Part shown: one piece after another, positions 1 to 9,793 of the stretch
Layout of the letters: every line of letters starts with the position of its first letter
Numbering within the stretch: the stretch's first letter is position 1
From: Spirochaetales bacterium
GTDB taxonomy: Bacteria > Spirochaetota > Spirochaetia > JABMQR01
Length of the DNA stretch: 64,000 nucleotides
Assembly (NCBI GenBank): GCA_018399255.1
Contig: JAGYPA010000018.1
Location: forward strand, 1,060 to 65,059
Reading direction: 5' to 3'
Notes under the pieces: generated by a model
What the model saw: the letters and a program-made list of their open reading frames with translations, nothing else
Told to the model about the DNA's origin: nothing
Database searches by the model: none
Translations under genes and position numbers: made by a program

Positions 1-2
1 TA

Positions 3-494
3 ATCAGTATCGGACTTAAAATCCTGCTTCCGCTCACAGCAGGTCAAATACTGCACAAGAGCTGGAAATCAGGACTGAAGCATAAAAAGAAACTCTCCAT
101 ACTCTCAAATATAGGTCTCCTGCTGATAGTTTTTATTAATTTTTCCAAATCAGCCGCCGACCCTGACTTCCGTTCCATGCTTCCCGCCATGGCTGCACCC
201 TTTCTCTATCTTGCTGTCTCTTTTGTGCTGCTGCTCGGGCTCAGTTTTCTTTCAGCCTCAGCCTTCGGTTTCTCAAGAAGCAATATTATCACAATCCTTT
301 TTACTGCCCCGCAGAAAACTCTCGCCATGGGGGTTCCGCTGCTCAGTACGTTTTTTGTCAATTCACCGGAACTGCTGGGAGCTGCCCTCCTACCGCTTCT
401 TTTTTACCATCCCTGGCAGCTGTTCGTATCGGGGTTCCTCAAGAGCTTTCTTCGCAATCTCGATAGAAGCGCGGCGCAAAACCTCAGTAAATAA
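3..494 (+). CDS. Bile acid:sodium symporter-like (SBF-like) transporter, 5'-truncated by the window edge
   Basis: Frame is open from base 3 (ISIGLKILLPLTAGQIL...). Hydrophobic, with family motifs QKTLAMGVPL and PLLFYHPWQL. Confidence 0.8.
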   Translation: MSIGLKILLPLTAGQILHKSWKSGLKHKKKLSILSNIGLLLIVFINFSKSAADPDFRSMLPAMAAPFLYLAVSFVLLLGLSFLSASAFGFSRSNIITILFTAPQKTLAMGVPLLSTFFVNSPELLGAALLPLLFYHPWQLFVSGFLKSFLRNLDRSAAQNLSK

Positions 495-500
495 TTACGC

Positions 501-529
501 TTGCCAAGTCCTCAGAGACCCCCTATAAT
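501..529 (+). promoter_or_regulatory. Sigma-70 promoter of the MFS/acyltransferase unit
   Basis: TTGCCA (501-506), 17-nt spacer, TATAAT (524-529). Confidence 0.65.
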
Positions 530-638
530 TCCTAAAGTCAATGAACAAATTTCCGTAAATGCGGAGCATTCAGAAAATTGCTTCCATATTTCAGGAAATT
601 GCTTTACTAAGTCAAAATCATCGGGTCCAGGAGCAGCT

Positions 639-2003
639 ATGGAAAAGCTCAGCAAGCGTGTGCGATACGGTTTCGGGATTGGCGATCTCGGGGGGAATCT
701 CTTTTTCACCATCATCGGTTTCTATCTTCTCTACTACCTTACGGATGTTGTCCATCTCTCCGCAGCCCTGGCTGGAACAGTTCTGATGATCGGAAAGATC
801 TGGGATGCTGTTACCGATCCCCTGACGGGCTACGCATCTGACGGAACCCGATCCCGTTGGGGAAGACGAAGGCCCTACATGTTTATCGGGGCTGTCATAT
901 CTTTTGCTGCGATGATCCTGATGTTCACAAAACCCGGACTTACCAGCCAGAGTTCCCTTTTTCTGCTTATGACCTTTTATTTTTGCCTTCTGAATACAGC
1001 ATACACCCTGGTAAATATTCCTTATGCAGCTCTTCTGCCGGAACTGACAAAAGATTTTGATCAGCGGACCTTGCTGACCGGGTATAGGATGAGCTTTGCC
1101 GTAATCGGCACGTTTGTCGGGGCCGGTGCGGTAATGCCTATTATCGGGCTCTTTGCATCGAGTGAAACCGGCTGGTCTGTGATGGGCGGCATAATGGGCG
1201 GGATTATGCTCGGCTCGGCGCTGATTACTATCTGGGCAATCCGTGAACCGGTGCATGCAGAGCGGGAGAAGGGTCCGGGGTTCCTGAAAACCTATATCGA
1301 GGTTCTCGGACTTTCTGTATTCCTGAAGGCGATGATCCCTTGGACTCTGTTCATTACCGGAACCACGATGGTTCAGGGAGCACTGGTTTACTATTTCAAA
1401 TATATTTTTCTGGATGAGGGACTTTTTCAGATAGCTCTGCTTTTCCTGCTGACCTTCAGTCTGCTTTTTATACCAATCTGGGTTGCAGCATCACGAAAGT
1501 TCGGAAAAAAACAGAGCTACAATCTGGGTATGGGAATAATGGGCTTCTCGCTGCTTCTGTTCGCACTGCTTGGTGAACAGCTGGGCCCAGTGTTTGCGTT
1601 CTTTGTTATGGCCCTCGGGGGCATCGGTCTTTCGACGCACTATGTTATGCCCCACTCCATCCTTCCTGATGTGGTTGAATATGATGCCGTTAATAATGGC
1701 GGATTACGCAGGGAGGGGGTTTTCAGCAGTTTGTGGACATTTTCGAGCAAGATTGGACAGGCGTTCGCCCTTGCGGTGAGCGGCTGGCTGCTGGCTTTTT
1801 TCAGGTACGACCCGGCGGTTATACCGGAGCGGTTCACCCTGACCGGCATCAAGATCCTCTGCGGACCTCTGCCGGTTGTATTCTATGTGATAGGCATTAT
1901 CATTCTCGCTTCTTACCCTATCAGCAGGGCTTACTATGATTCTATGATCTCAGCATCTGTTCCCGGAGGGCTGCAGGTTAAAGCAGCACCGGCTGCTGAC
2001 TGA
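639..2003 (+). CDS. MFS glycoside-pentoside-hexuronide (MelB/GPH) family transporter
   Basis: ATG 639 after AGGAG. Motifs YGFGIGDLGGN, KIWDAVTDPLTG, RSRWGRRRPY, PDVVEYD, RREGVF; about 12 TM segments. Confidence 0.9.
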   Translation: MEKLSKRVRYGFGIGDLGGNLFFTIIGFYLLYYLTDVVHLSAALAGTVLMIGKIWDAVTDPLTGYASDGTRSRWGRRRPYMFIGAVISFAAMILMFTKPGLTSQSSLFLLMTFYFCLLNTAYTLVNIPYAALLPELTKDFDQRTLLTGYRMSFAVIGTFVGAGAVMPIIGLFASSETGWSVMGGIMGGIMLGSALITIWAIREPVHAEREKGPGFLKTYIEVLGLSVFLKAMIPWTLFITGTTMVQGALVYYFKYIFLDEGLFQIALLFLLTFSLLFIPIWVAASRKFGKKQSYNLGMGIMGFSLLLFALLGEQLGPVFAFFVMALGGIGLSTHYVMPHSILPDVVEYDAVNNGGLRREGVFSSLWTFSSKIGQAFALAVSGWLLAFFRYDPAVIPERFTLTGIKILCGPLPVVFYVIGIIILASYPISRAYYDSMISASVPGGLQVKAAPAAD

Positions 2004-2029
2004 GCGGTTTGCTGGGGAGTATTTCGATT

Positions 2030-3451
2030 ATGGTAAAAGCTGGTGGAAAATATCTTCGCTACAGCCGTCCGGTTCGCGGCCGGGGTTTTGTTGCCCCGAA
2101 TTTCTCTCGCGGGACATTCAGTTTCATGCGGGCAGCCGGGAAACTCTATCTGCGTCTGGGTGAAGGTGTTGCCTCAGTCAGGCTCGACAGACCGGAGCTG
2201 CTTGTTAACGCCTACAGACAGTTTCAAAAGAAGGAGAAACGGCTGGTCATTGCATTTCGCCACTCTTCACGGATGGATGCGCCAGTACTGCTCTATGTCA
2301 TCAGCAGGATTCTGCATAAGCAGGCGAAACTGCTGGGAGAACCTTTTCCTGAAATACCGCATGCCCGTTTTCTTTACGGCAAGGATGTTCTGAACTGGGC
2401 CGGCAAGGCGGCTGTCTGGCTTTTCCCCAGGATCGGCAATATCCCTGTGGTAAATGGAGAACCGAACAAAGAGGGCTTGTCCCTGCTGCGGGAGGAACTT
2501 CATAACGGTAAATTCCCTATCGCCCTGGCCCCTGAAGGACAGGTTACGTATCATATGCATCAATGCTACCCGATCGCTTCCGGAACAGCATCCCTGGCAA
2601 GGTGGGGACTGGAAAGCGGAAAGGATGTTCTGGTGCTGCCGGTGGCTATCGGCTATAAATATTCTGAAAAGCCTTTAGATTTCACTCGGAAAGTGCTTCG
2701 CCGCTGGGAGAAACAAACGGGCTTCAGGCTGGAGCGCACATCTCTGGAGGGTTCAGCTGGAGTTGAACAGGATCTCCGTCGGCAGCTCATCGAGTCCACC
2801 CACCTGACCTTGAGTATTTTGGAGACGCAGTATCGAATTCCGTTCTCAGAGGTCCCCGACAAACCTCATTCGGAAGAAAGCGGCGGAAACGAAGGTCTTA
2901 CCGACTTACAGCAGCTGGATATTCTCCAGAAACGCATTATGCAGGTTTGTGAGGCTGTGCTGACGGCAGCCGAAGAACTGGCCGGGCTCAAAGCCCAGGG
3001 CACCTGGCTGGATCGTGTTTTCCGTATCAGATATGCCGGGGTCCGGCGTCTTTATCCTGAACACTTTGATCCATCCGGAATGCCGCTGCTTCAGCGCAAG
3101 CTTGCCGACTACCATTCCATGGAAGCAAGAATTTACCTGCGTCACTCACAGATTGTGGACGTGCTCGAATATCTTGATCCCGGGTATATCAATCTGCCCT
3201 GTCAGCCTCAGAGATTCTGTGAGTATGCCCTTAACCTGCTGGATATTGTGAATCGCATGGAAGGAGGAGATATCAGCACCCGGTATTCTCCCAAAGGAGT
3301 GCAGGCATTTGCCCTGCCGGGTCATCCGATTTCAGCAGCCGACCATTTTTCCGGCACGGCAGCTAACGGAGGCAGAACCGCTCAGAAGCAGCTTACCGGA
3401 GAGATTTTCAGGCAGCTGCAGAAGCTGTCAGAAAAGTTGATTATTCCTTAA
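2030..3451 (+). CDS. Long-form PlsC-superfamily glycerophospholipid acyltransferase
   Basis: HxxxxD catalytic motif (HSSRMD), APEG block, VLPVAIGY. GGGAG RBS precedes ATG 2030. Confidence 0.75.
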   Translation: MVKAGGKYLRYSRPVRGRGFVAPNFSRGTFSFMRAAGKLYLRLGEGVASVRLDRPELLVNAYRQFQKKEKRLVIAFRHSSRMDAPVLLYVISRILHKQAKLLGEPFPEIPHARFLYGKDVLNWAGKAAVWLFPRIGNIPVVNGEPNKEGLSLLREELHNGKFPIALAPEGQVTYHMHQCYPIASGTASLARWGLESGKDVLVLPVAIGYKYSEKPLDFTRKVLRRWEKQTGFRLERTSLEGSAGVEQDLRRQLIESTHLTLSILETQYRIPFSEVPDKPHSEESGGNEGLTDLQQLDILQKRIMQVCEAVLTAAEELAGLKAQGTWLDRVFRIRYAGVRRLYPEHFDPSGMPLLQRKLADYHSMEARIYLRHSQIVDVLEYLDPGYINLPCQPQRFCEYALNLLDIVNRMEGGDISTRYSPKGVQAFALPGHPISAADHFSGTAANGGRTAQKQLTGEIFRQLQKLSEKLIIP

Positions 3452-3485
3452 CCCCGCACCGGTTCACCAGGCCTCAGTCTCAGGA

Positions 3486-4250
3486 TCAGGAAAGTTCGGG
3501 TTCCAGCAGCGGTACTTCAATGGTAATATAGGTGTTTCCCAGAAACGGCGATAGATAGAACGGGTTAGCCCAGTCGCGCAGGAGCTGTTCATTACTTCTT
3601 TCAATATTGCCAATGGGCAGCGGCTGATACTGATAGGGATGCACAACAGAATCGTAGATAAAAAAGCCCCCGCCATGGTAGCCCCATATGGTTATCCAGT
3701 GTAAATAACCGGCATTCTGGCTTTTCAGCTGAGAGAAAGTTCCATCTTTACGGTAGCCGTTCGAGACCAGCAGCATTACCGGTCTGCCTTCATCAATTTC
3801 ATCTTTGAGAATCTGTATCTTCGCGTCATTGGAAAGCTTGTTGGCTCTTCGCAGCTCGGCCTGAACATTATACCGTGCAAGGGAAACTACGGCATTGGAG
3901 GGGGTCATTCCGCCAAATATCTGCCCCCACTGTGACATGTAGTTGGCAACGGGTACATCTTCATGCATATCAAAAGCGCTGAGGATGCCGGCAATGGAAA
4001 AGCCGCCGCAATAGGGTACATTCTGCTCAAAATAATAGGCAGGCCGGTTAGTAAGGGCAATGATGTTTTCGTATCCTTTGTACTCTCCCCTGATACTGCC
4101 GCTTTCAAAAAAATCAACCAGACTGATATAATCTGCAGAACGGATCTTGCTTACATACTCCGGAGTATTGCCTATTCTTCCTATCAGCAGATACACAGCA
4201 GCTGTCAGAAGCAGAATTCCAATCCCTATCTTCAAGCCTTTCCTTCGCAT
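3486..4250 (-). CDS. Membrane-anchored C39-like (papain-fold) cysteine peptidase
   Basis: N-terminal basic plus hydrophobic anchor. QNVPYCGG (Gln/Cys), HWITIWGY (His), YDS (Asp). Confidence 0.65.
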   Translation of the reverse strand: MRRKGLKIGIGILLLTAAVYLLIGRIGNTPEYVSKIRSADYISLVDFFESGSIRGEYKGYENIIALTNRPAYYFEQNVPYCGGFSIAGILSAFDMHEDVPVANYMSQWGQIFGGMTPSNAVVSLARYNVQAELRRANKLSNDAKIQILKDEIDEGRPVMLLVSNGYRKDGTFSQLKSQNAGYLHWITIWGYHGGGFFIYDSVVHPYQYQPLPIGNIERSNEQLLRDWANPFYLSPFLGNTYITIEVPLLEPELS

Positions 4251-4269
4251 TCCATCCTTCCTCCGGATT

Positions 4270-4851
4270 CTACACCAGATCACACGCCTCCGCCGGCATC
4301 CAGTGGGCATCCTCTCCATCCCACTTTACATTGCAGCCGACAGGATTTGTTACCGGAACGGCAATTTTACGCCCTGTAGTGAGAGCTATCAGGGCATCCC
4401 TGAGCTCACTGGCTGAGGCTTTCTCTATATTTCTGGGATTGTCTACGGCACGTCCCGTGTAAACCAGCTCGCGTTCTGCATTGAAGACGAAAAAATGGGG
4501 GGTTCTTAGTGCCCCGTAATCCCTTGCCGTATTCTGGGTTTCGTCATGCAGGTAGACCCACGGGAATCGATGCAGCGCCATTCTTCTCACCATGTGCTGG
4601 TAATCATCATCTTCATAGGTGTTCGGGCTGTTGGAATTGATTCCGAGGAAGGCGGTTCCTTTTGGGGAAAACTCGTTTGCTATTGCCCGGGTATCCTCAT
4701 CAGAACCCAGGACATAGGGGCAATGATTGCAGGTAAAAAACACCACCAGGCAGGGAAATTTATCAAAATCAGCAAGGGTATAGATTTTCCCGTCAGTTGC
4801 TTTAAGGGTAAAATCAGGAGCCTTTGCTCCAATCGGTATGGTAAAAGCCAT
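4270..4851 (-). CDS. Thioredoxin/AhpC-TSA family redoxin
   Basis: [38 protein letters not shown] before ATG 4851. Confidence 0.9.
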   Translation of the reverse strand: MAFTIPIGAKAPDFTLKATDGKIYTLADFDKFPCLVVFFTCNHCPYVLGSDEDTRAIANEFSPKGTAFLGINSNSPNTYEDDDYQHMVRRMALHRFPWVYLHDETQNTARDYGALRTPHFFVFNAERELVYTGRAVDNPRNIEKASASELRDALIALTTGRKIAVPVTNPVGCNVKWDGEDAHWMPAEACDLV

Positions 4852-4926
4852 ATGCAGAAACTCCTTAAAAAACAATTAAATTTTGTGCATTAAGTAATTA
4901 GAAGCTACTGCCATTTTTTACGGATG

Positions 4927-6711
4927 TCAATAAGAATAGACCATTCCCCACCGCAGCAAATCGTCCATCTGGAGTTCAAGGGAAGGCCCCCTGATCCCCG
5001 TCACTTCCCTGCAGGGCACCTTCCGCATAGTCCCGGCAAGGGCATCCGGTGAGCAGTAATACACTGTTTGCCCGAGTCTGTACTGAGGAATCTGGATAGT
5101 CAGGGAAGCGGGCGCTGCCGGACCATTTTTGGGCTGATTCCAGTAAGTGTTATCCTCTCCGGTAAGATTGATCAGATATATGCAGGTGGTATGATGGTAC
5201 TGGCGGATACGCACCAGGATCGTTCCGGGCTTTCCGTCATGGGTAACTGCTGCACCCGTAAATAAGAACTCGCGATTTTCCCCGAATCCATGGGTCAGGG
5301 TGATATCCCGAAAACGAGGGTCGGTGAGCAGCTCACGGTAGCGGACAGAAAAATCCTGATAAGCAGCAAGAATATCTTCTTCGGAGGATTGCAAGCTGAT
5401 GCAGTCATTATAGTATGCCTGTGTGAGGAGTGCCGCCTGTTCTCCGAAAAGGAGCGGAACTGCACCGGCACTGCATACGGCGGCAATCAGATAGCAGGCA
5501 CTGTCGGTCAGGCAGGAGTCTTCGCTTTTATCGGTATCAGTGTCACTATCAGTGTCACTGTCGGTATTCCGACCCCGGTTTTTAAAGGCTGCAAGGTATG
5601 CGGCGATTATCACCGGTTTTCCATAGGGCAATGCCTCCCCGACGATGCCCAAAAGGTCGTTATAGGAAGAATAGGGTTCCCAGACCTCTATGTATACGGC
5701 ATCCTGATCTGTTTTTGCGGTCGTATGAACCGGCCAATTGCCGACATTGTTGAAAATAAGGGAGGAATCAGGAAGTTTTTTTCTCACTCTGTCAATAAAT
5801 GCGGGAAATTCATCTTCCAGAAAAACCGGCCTGCCTGACTCGGTTTCTTTATCGGTTTCTTTATAGGACCAGCCCTGTTTGGGATAACCGTAGGTATCGA
5901 GATGGATTCCGTCAAATCCTGTTTGCCTGAGGGCGATGCGATACTGCTCGATAATATGATCAGACCAGGGGGAGTTTTCTGACAGGTTCATGATATAGAA
6001 GGTGTCTATCAGGCTGAAGGGACTTCCGTCAGCAGCGTAGAGGCCCTGCTCAGGGTGCTCTTCAAGATACTCCCTGGATGCAGCGTATACGGCTCCGTAG
6101 GCCATGGAAATAATGCCGGCTGCTTTGCAGGCTTGAATATAGTGTTCCACCGTTGATAGATCGATGGGCTTCCCCATCATATCCCGGTAGAGCCCTGCCG
6201 GCGGCTGGTAGTCATGATGTCGATATACCCAATCATAGTATTGAATATGAGTAAGATGAAAGCGTCTGAAGAATCGCAGAGTTTCGGCTGCATGCTGCTT
6301 GTCAGAGGTCTTGAAATCGCAGAGAAAACCGTAGCGAACTGTCGGCCGATCGGGATTGATGAAATCAAATGCGGAGGAAACCGGGACTTCTGCCTGTTTT
6401 TCCGTGCTGTTTCCCGCACTGAAATCCAGATAGGACACGCTGCAGGTGCCGGTTACGCCGAATGCATATCCCGGTCTGCGCCAGAGTTCCGGGACAGGGA
6501 TAACTATTGGAATTACTCTGGGTATTGCTGTTTCTTCCAACTCGACTGCCTCGAAGCTTTCCTGTAAATGATACAGCGTAAGCCGGCAGCTAAGGTTTCT
6601 CAGTTTAACCATCGCGGCAATTTCAAGATTGTCAAATTGCAGGATCAGTTCGGCTGCTATCGTATCGCCTGTACTATATCGGGTTTTCTCAGGTATCAAA
6701 TGAATTCTCAT
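4927..6711 (-). CDS. Glycoside hydrolase family 66 (dextranase/cycloisomaltooligosaccharide glucanotransferase-like), no signal peptide
   Basis: RYGFL, QYYDWVYRHH, MAYGAVYAA, GFDGIHLDTYG, YIEVW. Confidence 0.85.
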   Translation of the reverse strand: MRIHLIPEKTRYSTGDTIAAELILQFDNLEIAAMVKLRNLSCRLTLYHLQESFEAVELEETAIPRVIPIVIPVPELWRRPGYAFGVTGTCSVSYLDFSAGNSTEKQAEVPVSSAFDFINPDRPTVRYGFLCDFKTSDKQHAAETLRFFRRFHLTHIQYYDWVYRHHDYQPPAGLYRDMMGKPIDLSTVEHYIQACKAAGIISMAYGAVYAASREYLEEHPEQGLYAADGSPFSLIDTFYIMNLSENSPWSDHIIEQYRIALRQTGFDGIHLDTYGYPKQGWSYKETDKETESGRPVFLEDEFPAFIDRVRKKLPDSSLIFNNVGNWPVHTTAKTDQDAVYIEVWEPYSSYNDLLGIVGEALPYGKPVIIAAYLAAFKNRGRNTDSDTDSDTDTDKSEDSCLTDSACYLIAAVCSAGAVPLLFGEQAALLTQAYYNDCISLQSSEEDILAAYQDFSVRYRELLTDPRFRDITLTHGFGENREFLFTGAAVTHDGKPGTILVRIRQYHHTTCIYLINLTGEDNTYWNQPKNGPAAPASLTIQIPQYRLGQTVYYCSPDALAGTMRKVPCREVTGIRGPSLELQMDDLLRWGMVYSY

Positions 6712-6759
6712 GGAGCTCCTCTTCCTCAAGCCTCTTTCGGCAAAGAATTTTCTGCAATC

Positions 6760-7602
6760 TCAGCCTTTCATCGCCCCGGCGGTTATGCCGTGAATAAAAT
6801 ATTTTTGAAATGCAATAAAAGCCAGTACAGCCGGCGTTAGGCCAATGAAAGCCGCGGCAGCCATTTCAGGCCAGTTTGCCCCATACTGCTGAAAAAAGAG
6901 TGAAATAGCCAGGGGGATGGTTCGATGAGCTTTGTCCTGCAGGAAGAAAACTGCCTGGGCATAGTTATTCCACATGCCGAGTCCCTGCAGGATGACGACC
7001 GAAGCGGTAACAGGTTTTATGAGCGGCATGACAATAAGCCAGTAGGATTTAAACCGTGAGCATCCGTCCATAAGCGCCGATTCTTCCATATCCTCCGGCA
7101 TGGCCCTGATAAATCCGGTATAGAGAAAGACAGAAAATGGTAACGCATTAGCCGCTAATACACAGATCATGGACCAATAGCGATTGATTCCATGGATCCT
7201 GATCATGAGGGTATACAACGGAACGGTATTTATAATCCCGGGAACCATCATACAAACGAGAAAGAGATAGAATATCGTTTTATTGAGCAGTGTCCTGAAC
7301 CGGGCAACGGCAAAACCAGCCATGGATGCCAGAAATATCAAGCCGGCTGCTGCCCCGAAAGTAATTACCGCACTGTTGAAAATTGAACGTCCCAGATCCG
7401 AACGGCGCCATGCCGATGTGAAATTCTGAAAGAAGAAATCAGGAACCAGCCTTACAGCGCCAAGTCCGCCTTCCGGTGATTTGAGTGCTATCAGAATAAG
7501 CAGGTAAAAGGGGATGACTGCGGCTATGGCAGCTGCTGTTGTGAGGAGCACATTCAGGTTCCTCTGAAAGTTTTTTCCGATCTGATACCTGAGAATGGTC
7601 AT
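6760..7602 (-). CDS. Carbohydrate ABC transporter permease (MalG-type)
   Basis: EAA loop EESALMDGCS, C-terminal FQKYFIHGITAGAMKG. Confidence 0.92.
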   Translation of the reverse strand: MTILRYQIGKNFQRNLNVLLTTAAAIAAVIPFYLLILIALKSPEGGLGAVRLVPDFFFQNFTSAWRRSDLGRSIFNSAVITFGAAAGLIFLASMAGFAVARFRTLLNKTIFYLFLVCMMVPGIINTVPLYTLMIRIHGINRYWSMICVLAANALPFSVFLYTGFIRAMPEDMEESALMDGCSRFKSYWLIVMPLIKPVTASVVILQGLGMWNNYAQAVFFLQDKAHRTIPLAISLFFQQYGANWPEMAAAAFIGLTPAVLAFIAFQKYFIHGITAGAMKG

Positions 7603-8515
7603 GCGTCCTCCAGCTTGTCAAAGAACCGCATCGAGAAAAGCACCGGGATCAGGATGATGATGAACAGTATCATAGCAACTGCCGTGGAAAAACCTGTCCG
7701 GTTCCCATAGCACATTCTCATGATATAGATGCTCAGTGATTCTGTCGCATACCCGGGCCCTCCGTCTGTCAGGGCCAGAATAATCTCAAATACTGATAGT
7801 GAGCCGATAATATTGGTAATAACATTTATGCGCAGGGCCGGCAGGAGCTGTGGTATGGTTATTCTGGTGAAGACCTGCCATTCCCGGGCACCTTCCACAT
7901 GAGCAGCCTCATACTGTTCATCTGGAATAGCCTGCAGCCCGGCAAGATAAATAACCATCGTCATCCCGGCAAACTGCCAGACATTCACCAGGATAAGTAC
8001 CGCCATGGCACTGCCGCCGGAGAGCATCCAGTTGGCTGTCGTCGAGATTCCTGCATTACGGGCAAAAATAGCAAGCATTCCTCTGCCTGGCTGCAGAAGC
8101 AGATACCAGACGCTGCCCATTATCATAGGACTGATAACAGCGGGCAGATAGACCAGTCCCCGTATCACCGGAATAAGTTTCCTCCCCTCCCCGAGCCGAC
8201 GTGGGCCCGCGGCGGCGTTCTGCGAAGCAAAGCGCCAGGTAGTCCGGAAGATACAGCAGCGGGTACTGCCGAGGGCAAATACCAGGGTATTGCGTACATC
8301 CTGGGTAATGCCCGTTCATCAGCAAAATCGGTAAAATTCCGGAGTCCAATAAACCGGGGATCGGTGAATCCATCCCACTCTGTCAGGCTTAAATGCATTC
8401 CCCGGTAAGGATAGAGAAAAAAGAGGGCAAACAGCAGCAGTGCCGGTATAGCCATATACTGGTGCCATGGAATTGTGTGTCCGTGGGTGTGTCTGCTGTT
8501 TGTCCTATTATACAT
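7599..8515 (-). pseudogene. Carbohydrate ABC permease (MalF-type) broken by frameshifts around 8160-8400 (real or consensus error)
   Basis: N-terminal part (SLTEWDGFTDPRFIGLRNF) and C-terminal part (YLAGLQAIPDEQYEAAHVEGA) lie in different frames. GGAGG RBS before ATG 8515. Confidence 0.8.
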
Positions 8516-8533
8516 AAGGCCTCCAAACAATTT

Positions 8534-9793
8534 TTAATAAGCGGCATCCCAGAGCGCTGCATACTTCTCGGCAAATTCGCTGGTCCGTTGTACCGCCCGG
8601 TCAGAAGCCCGGATCAGACGGCTGGTATCATCAACTGAAAGTCCGGGCAGCTTCGTTGAAAAGTTAATTCCGACATAAGTGTCAAGCAGGCGCTTGGCAT
8701 CGTCTTTAATGGGCTCCAGTCGGCATAGACATCGGTAAATGCTGACGGGCATACCGCGAATTGCCGGCCTTCGTTGAACTTCAGGGCTGAACATAAATTC
8801 AAGAAATGCCATAGCTTCTTCATATACCTCGGTTTCTGCTGAGACTGCCCACACTGAATCTTTCGGCACTGAGCACCATGGAGCATAGCCGTCCATAATC
8901 GGGGAAATGGGGCAAAACCGATATTGTCTGCCATTTCGGGGTTCAGCTTGATGATATCACCGACTACCCACATACCCTGATTTATCATAGCGGCTTTTCC
9001 CGAAGCGAAAGCCTTCTGATTGGTGTAGTTGCTGTTACCGCATCTGCATTGATAAGGCGTTTTTCCCGCAGCTCGAGCAGGCCGGCCGCAAAGCTTTCCA
9101 TTACGCCTCGGGGATATCCCAGCAAGGTCTCCCAGATCGTTATTCAGAAATGCCTGACGCGATCCGGGTATTCCCGTAAATCCTGCTTTACTATACCGTG
9201 AGCCCAGAATTCCCATCAAATGGCCAAGGGTCCAGGAATCTTTTCCGCCCAGGAAAAATCGGGTCGATATCGGGCCTTGCTTTCTTGACGGTTTCCAGAT
9301 TGGCTATAAAATGGTCCCAGGTCTGCGCATCACTAAGGCCGAGCTCGGCGAAAAGCTGCTTGTTGTAGAAGAGTCCGCCCATAGTGACATTGGTTGCTAT
9401 GCGAAACTGCTTGCCGGTTTTCAGGTCGGTGCACAAAGCCTTGACTGACGGTACAATTCTCTCCCAGAATTCGCTGTCTGACAAGTCTGCATACAGTCCC
9501 TGATCAATAAAATCCTGGGTTACTACCGTTGTCAGATCCGGCATTTCTCCCGAAGCAAGCTTCACTTTGATAACATTGCTGGCATCCTTCTGAAATTCAT
9601 GCTCAATATGAATTCCAGGATTTGCCGCTTCAAAAGCTGCTATCTTTGCATCTTCCCATTCTACGGTTTCAACACGTCCCGAAAAATAGGCAACAGAAGC
9701 CTTTTTCTCCTGTACGCCCTGTGCGGATAGCGAAAACAGGGCTGCAATTGCAATAAATAGTACTCCGACGAGTATTTTTACTGTTTTATGCAT
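8534..9793 (-). pseudogene. Sugar ABC solute-binding protein broken by frameshifts around 8600-9250
   Basis: Signal peptide plus KLASGEMPD and GLFYNKQLF in 9191..9793. FASGKAAMINQGMW and IGFAPFP in 8614..9219. AMAFLEFM in 8534..8896. Confidence 0.8.

Noticed and set aside
5530-5568. DTDSDTDSDTDT repeat in GH66, and LTP x3 near 50830
   Set aside because: Short in-frame low-complexity loop expansions with no sign of function.
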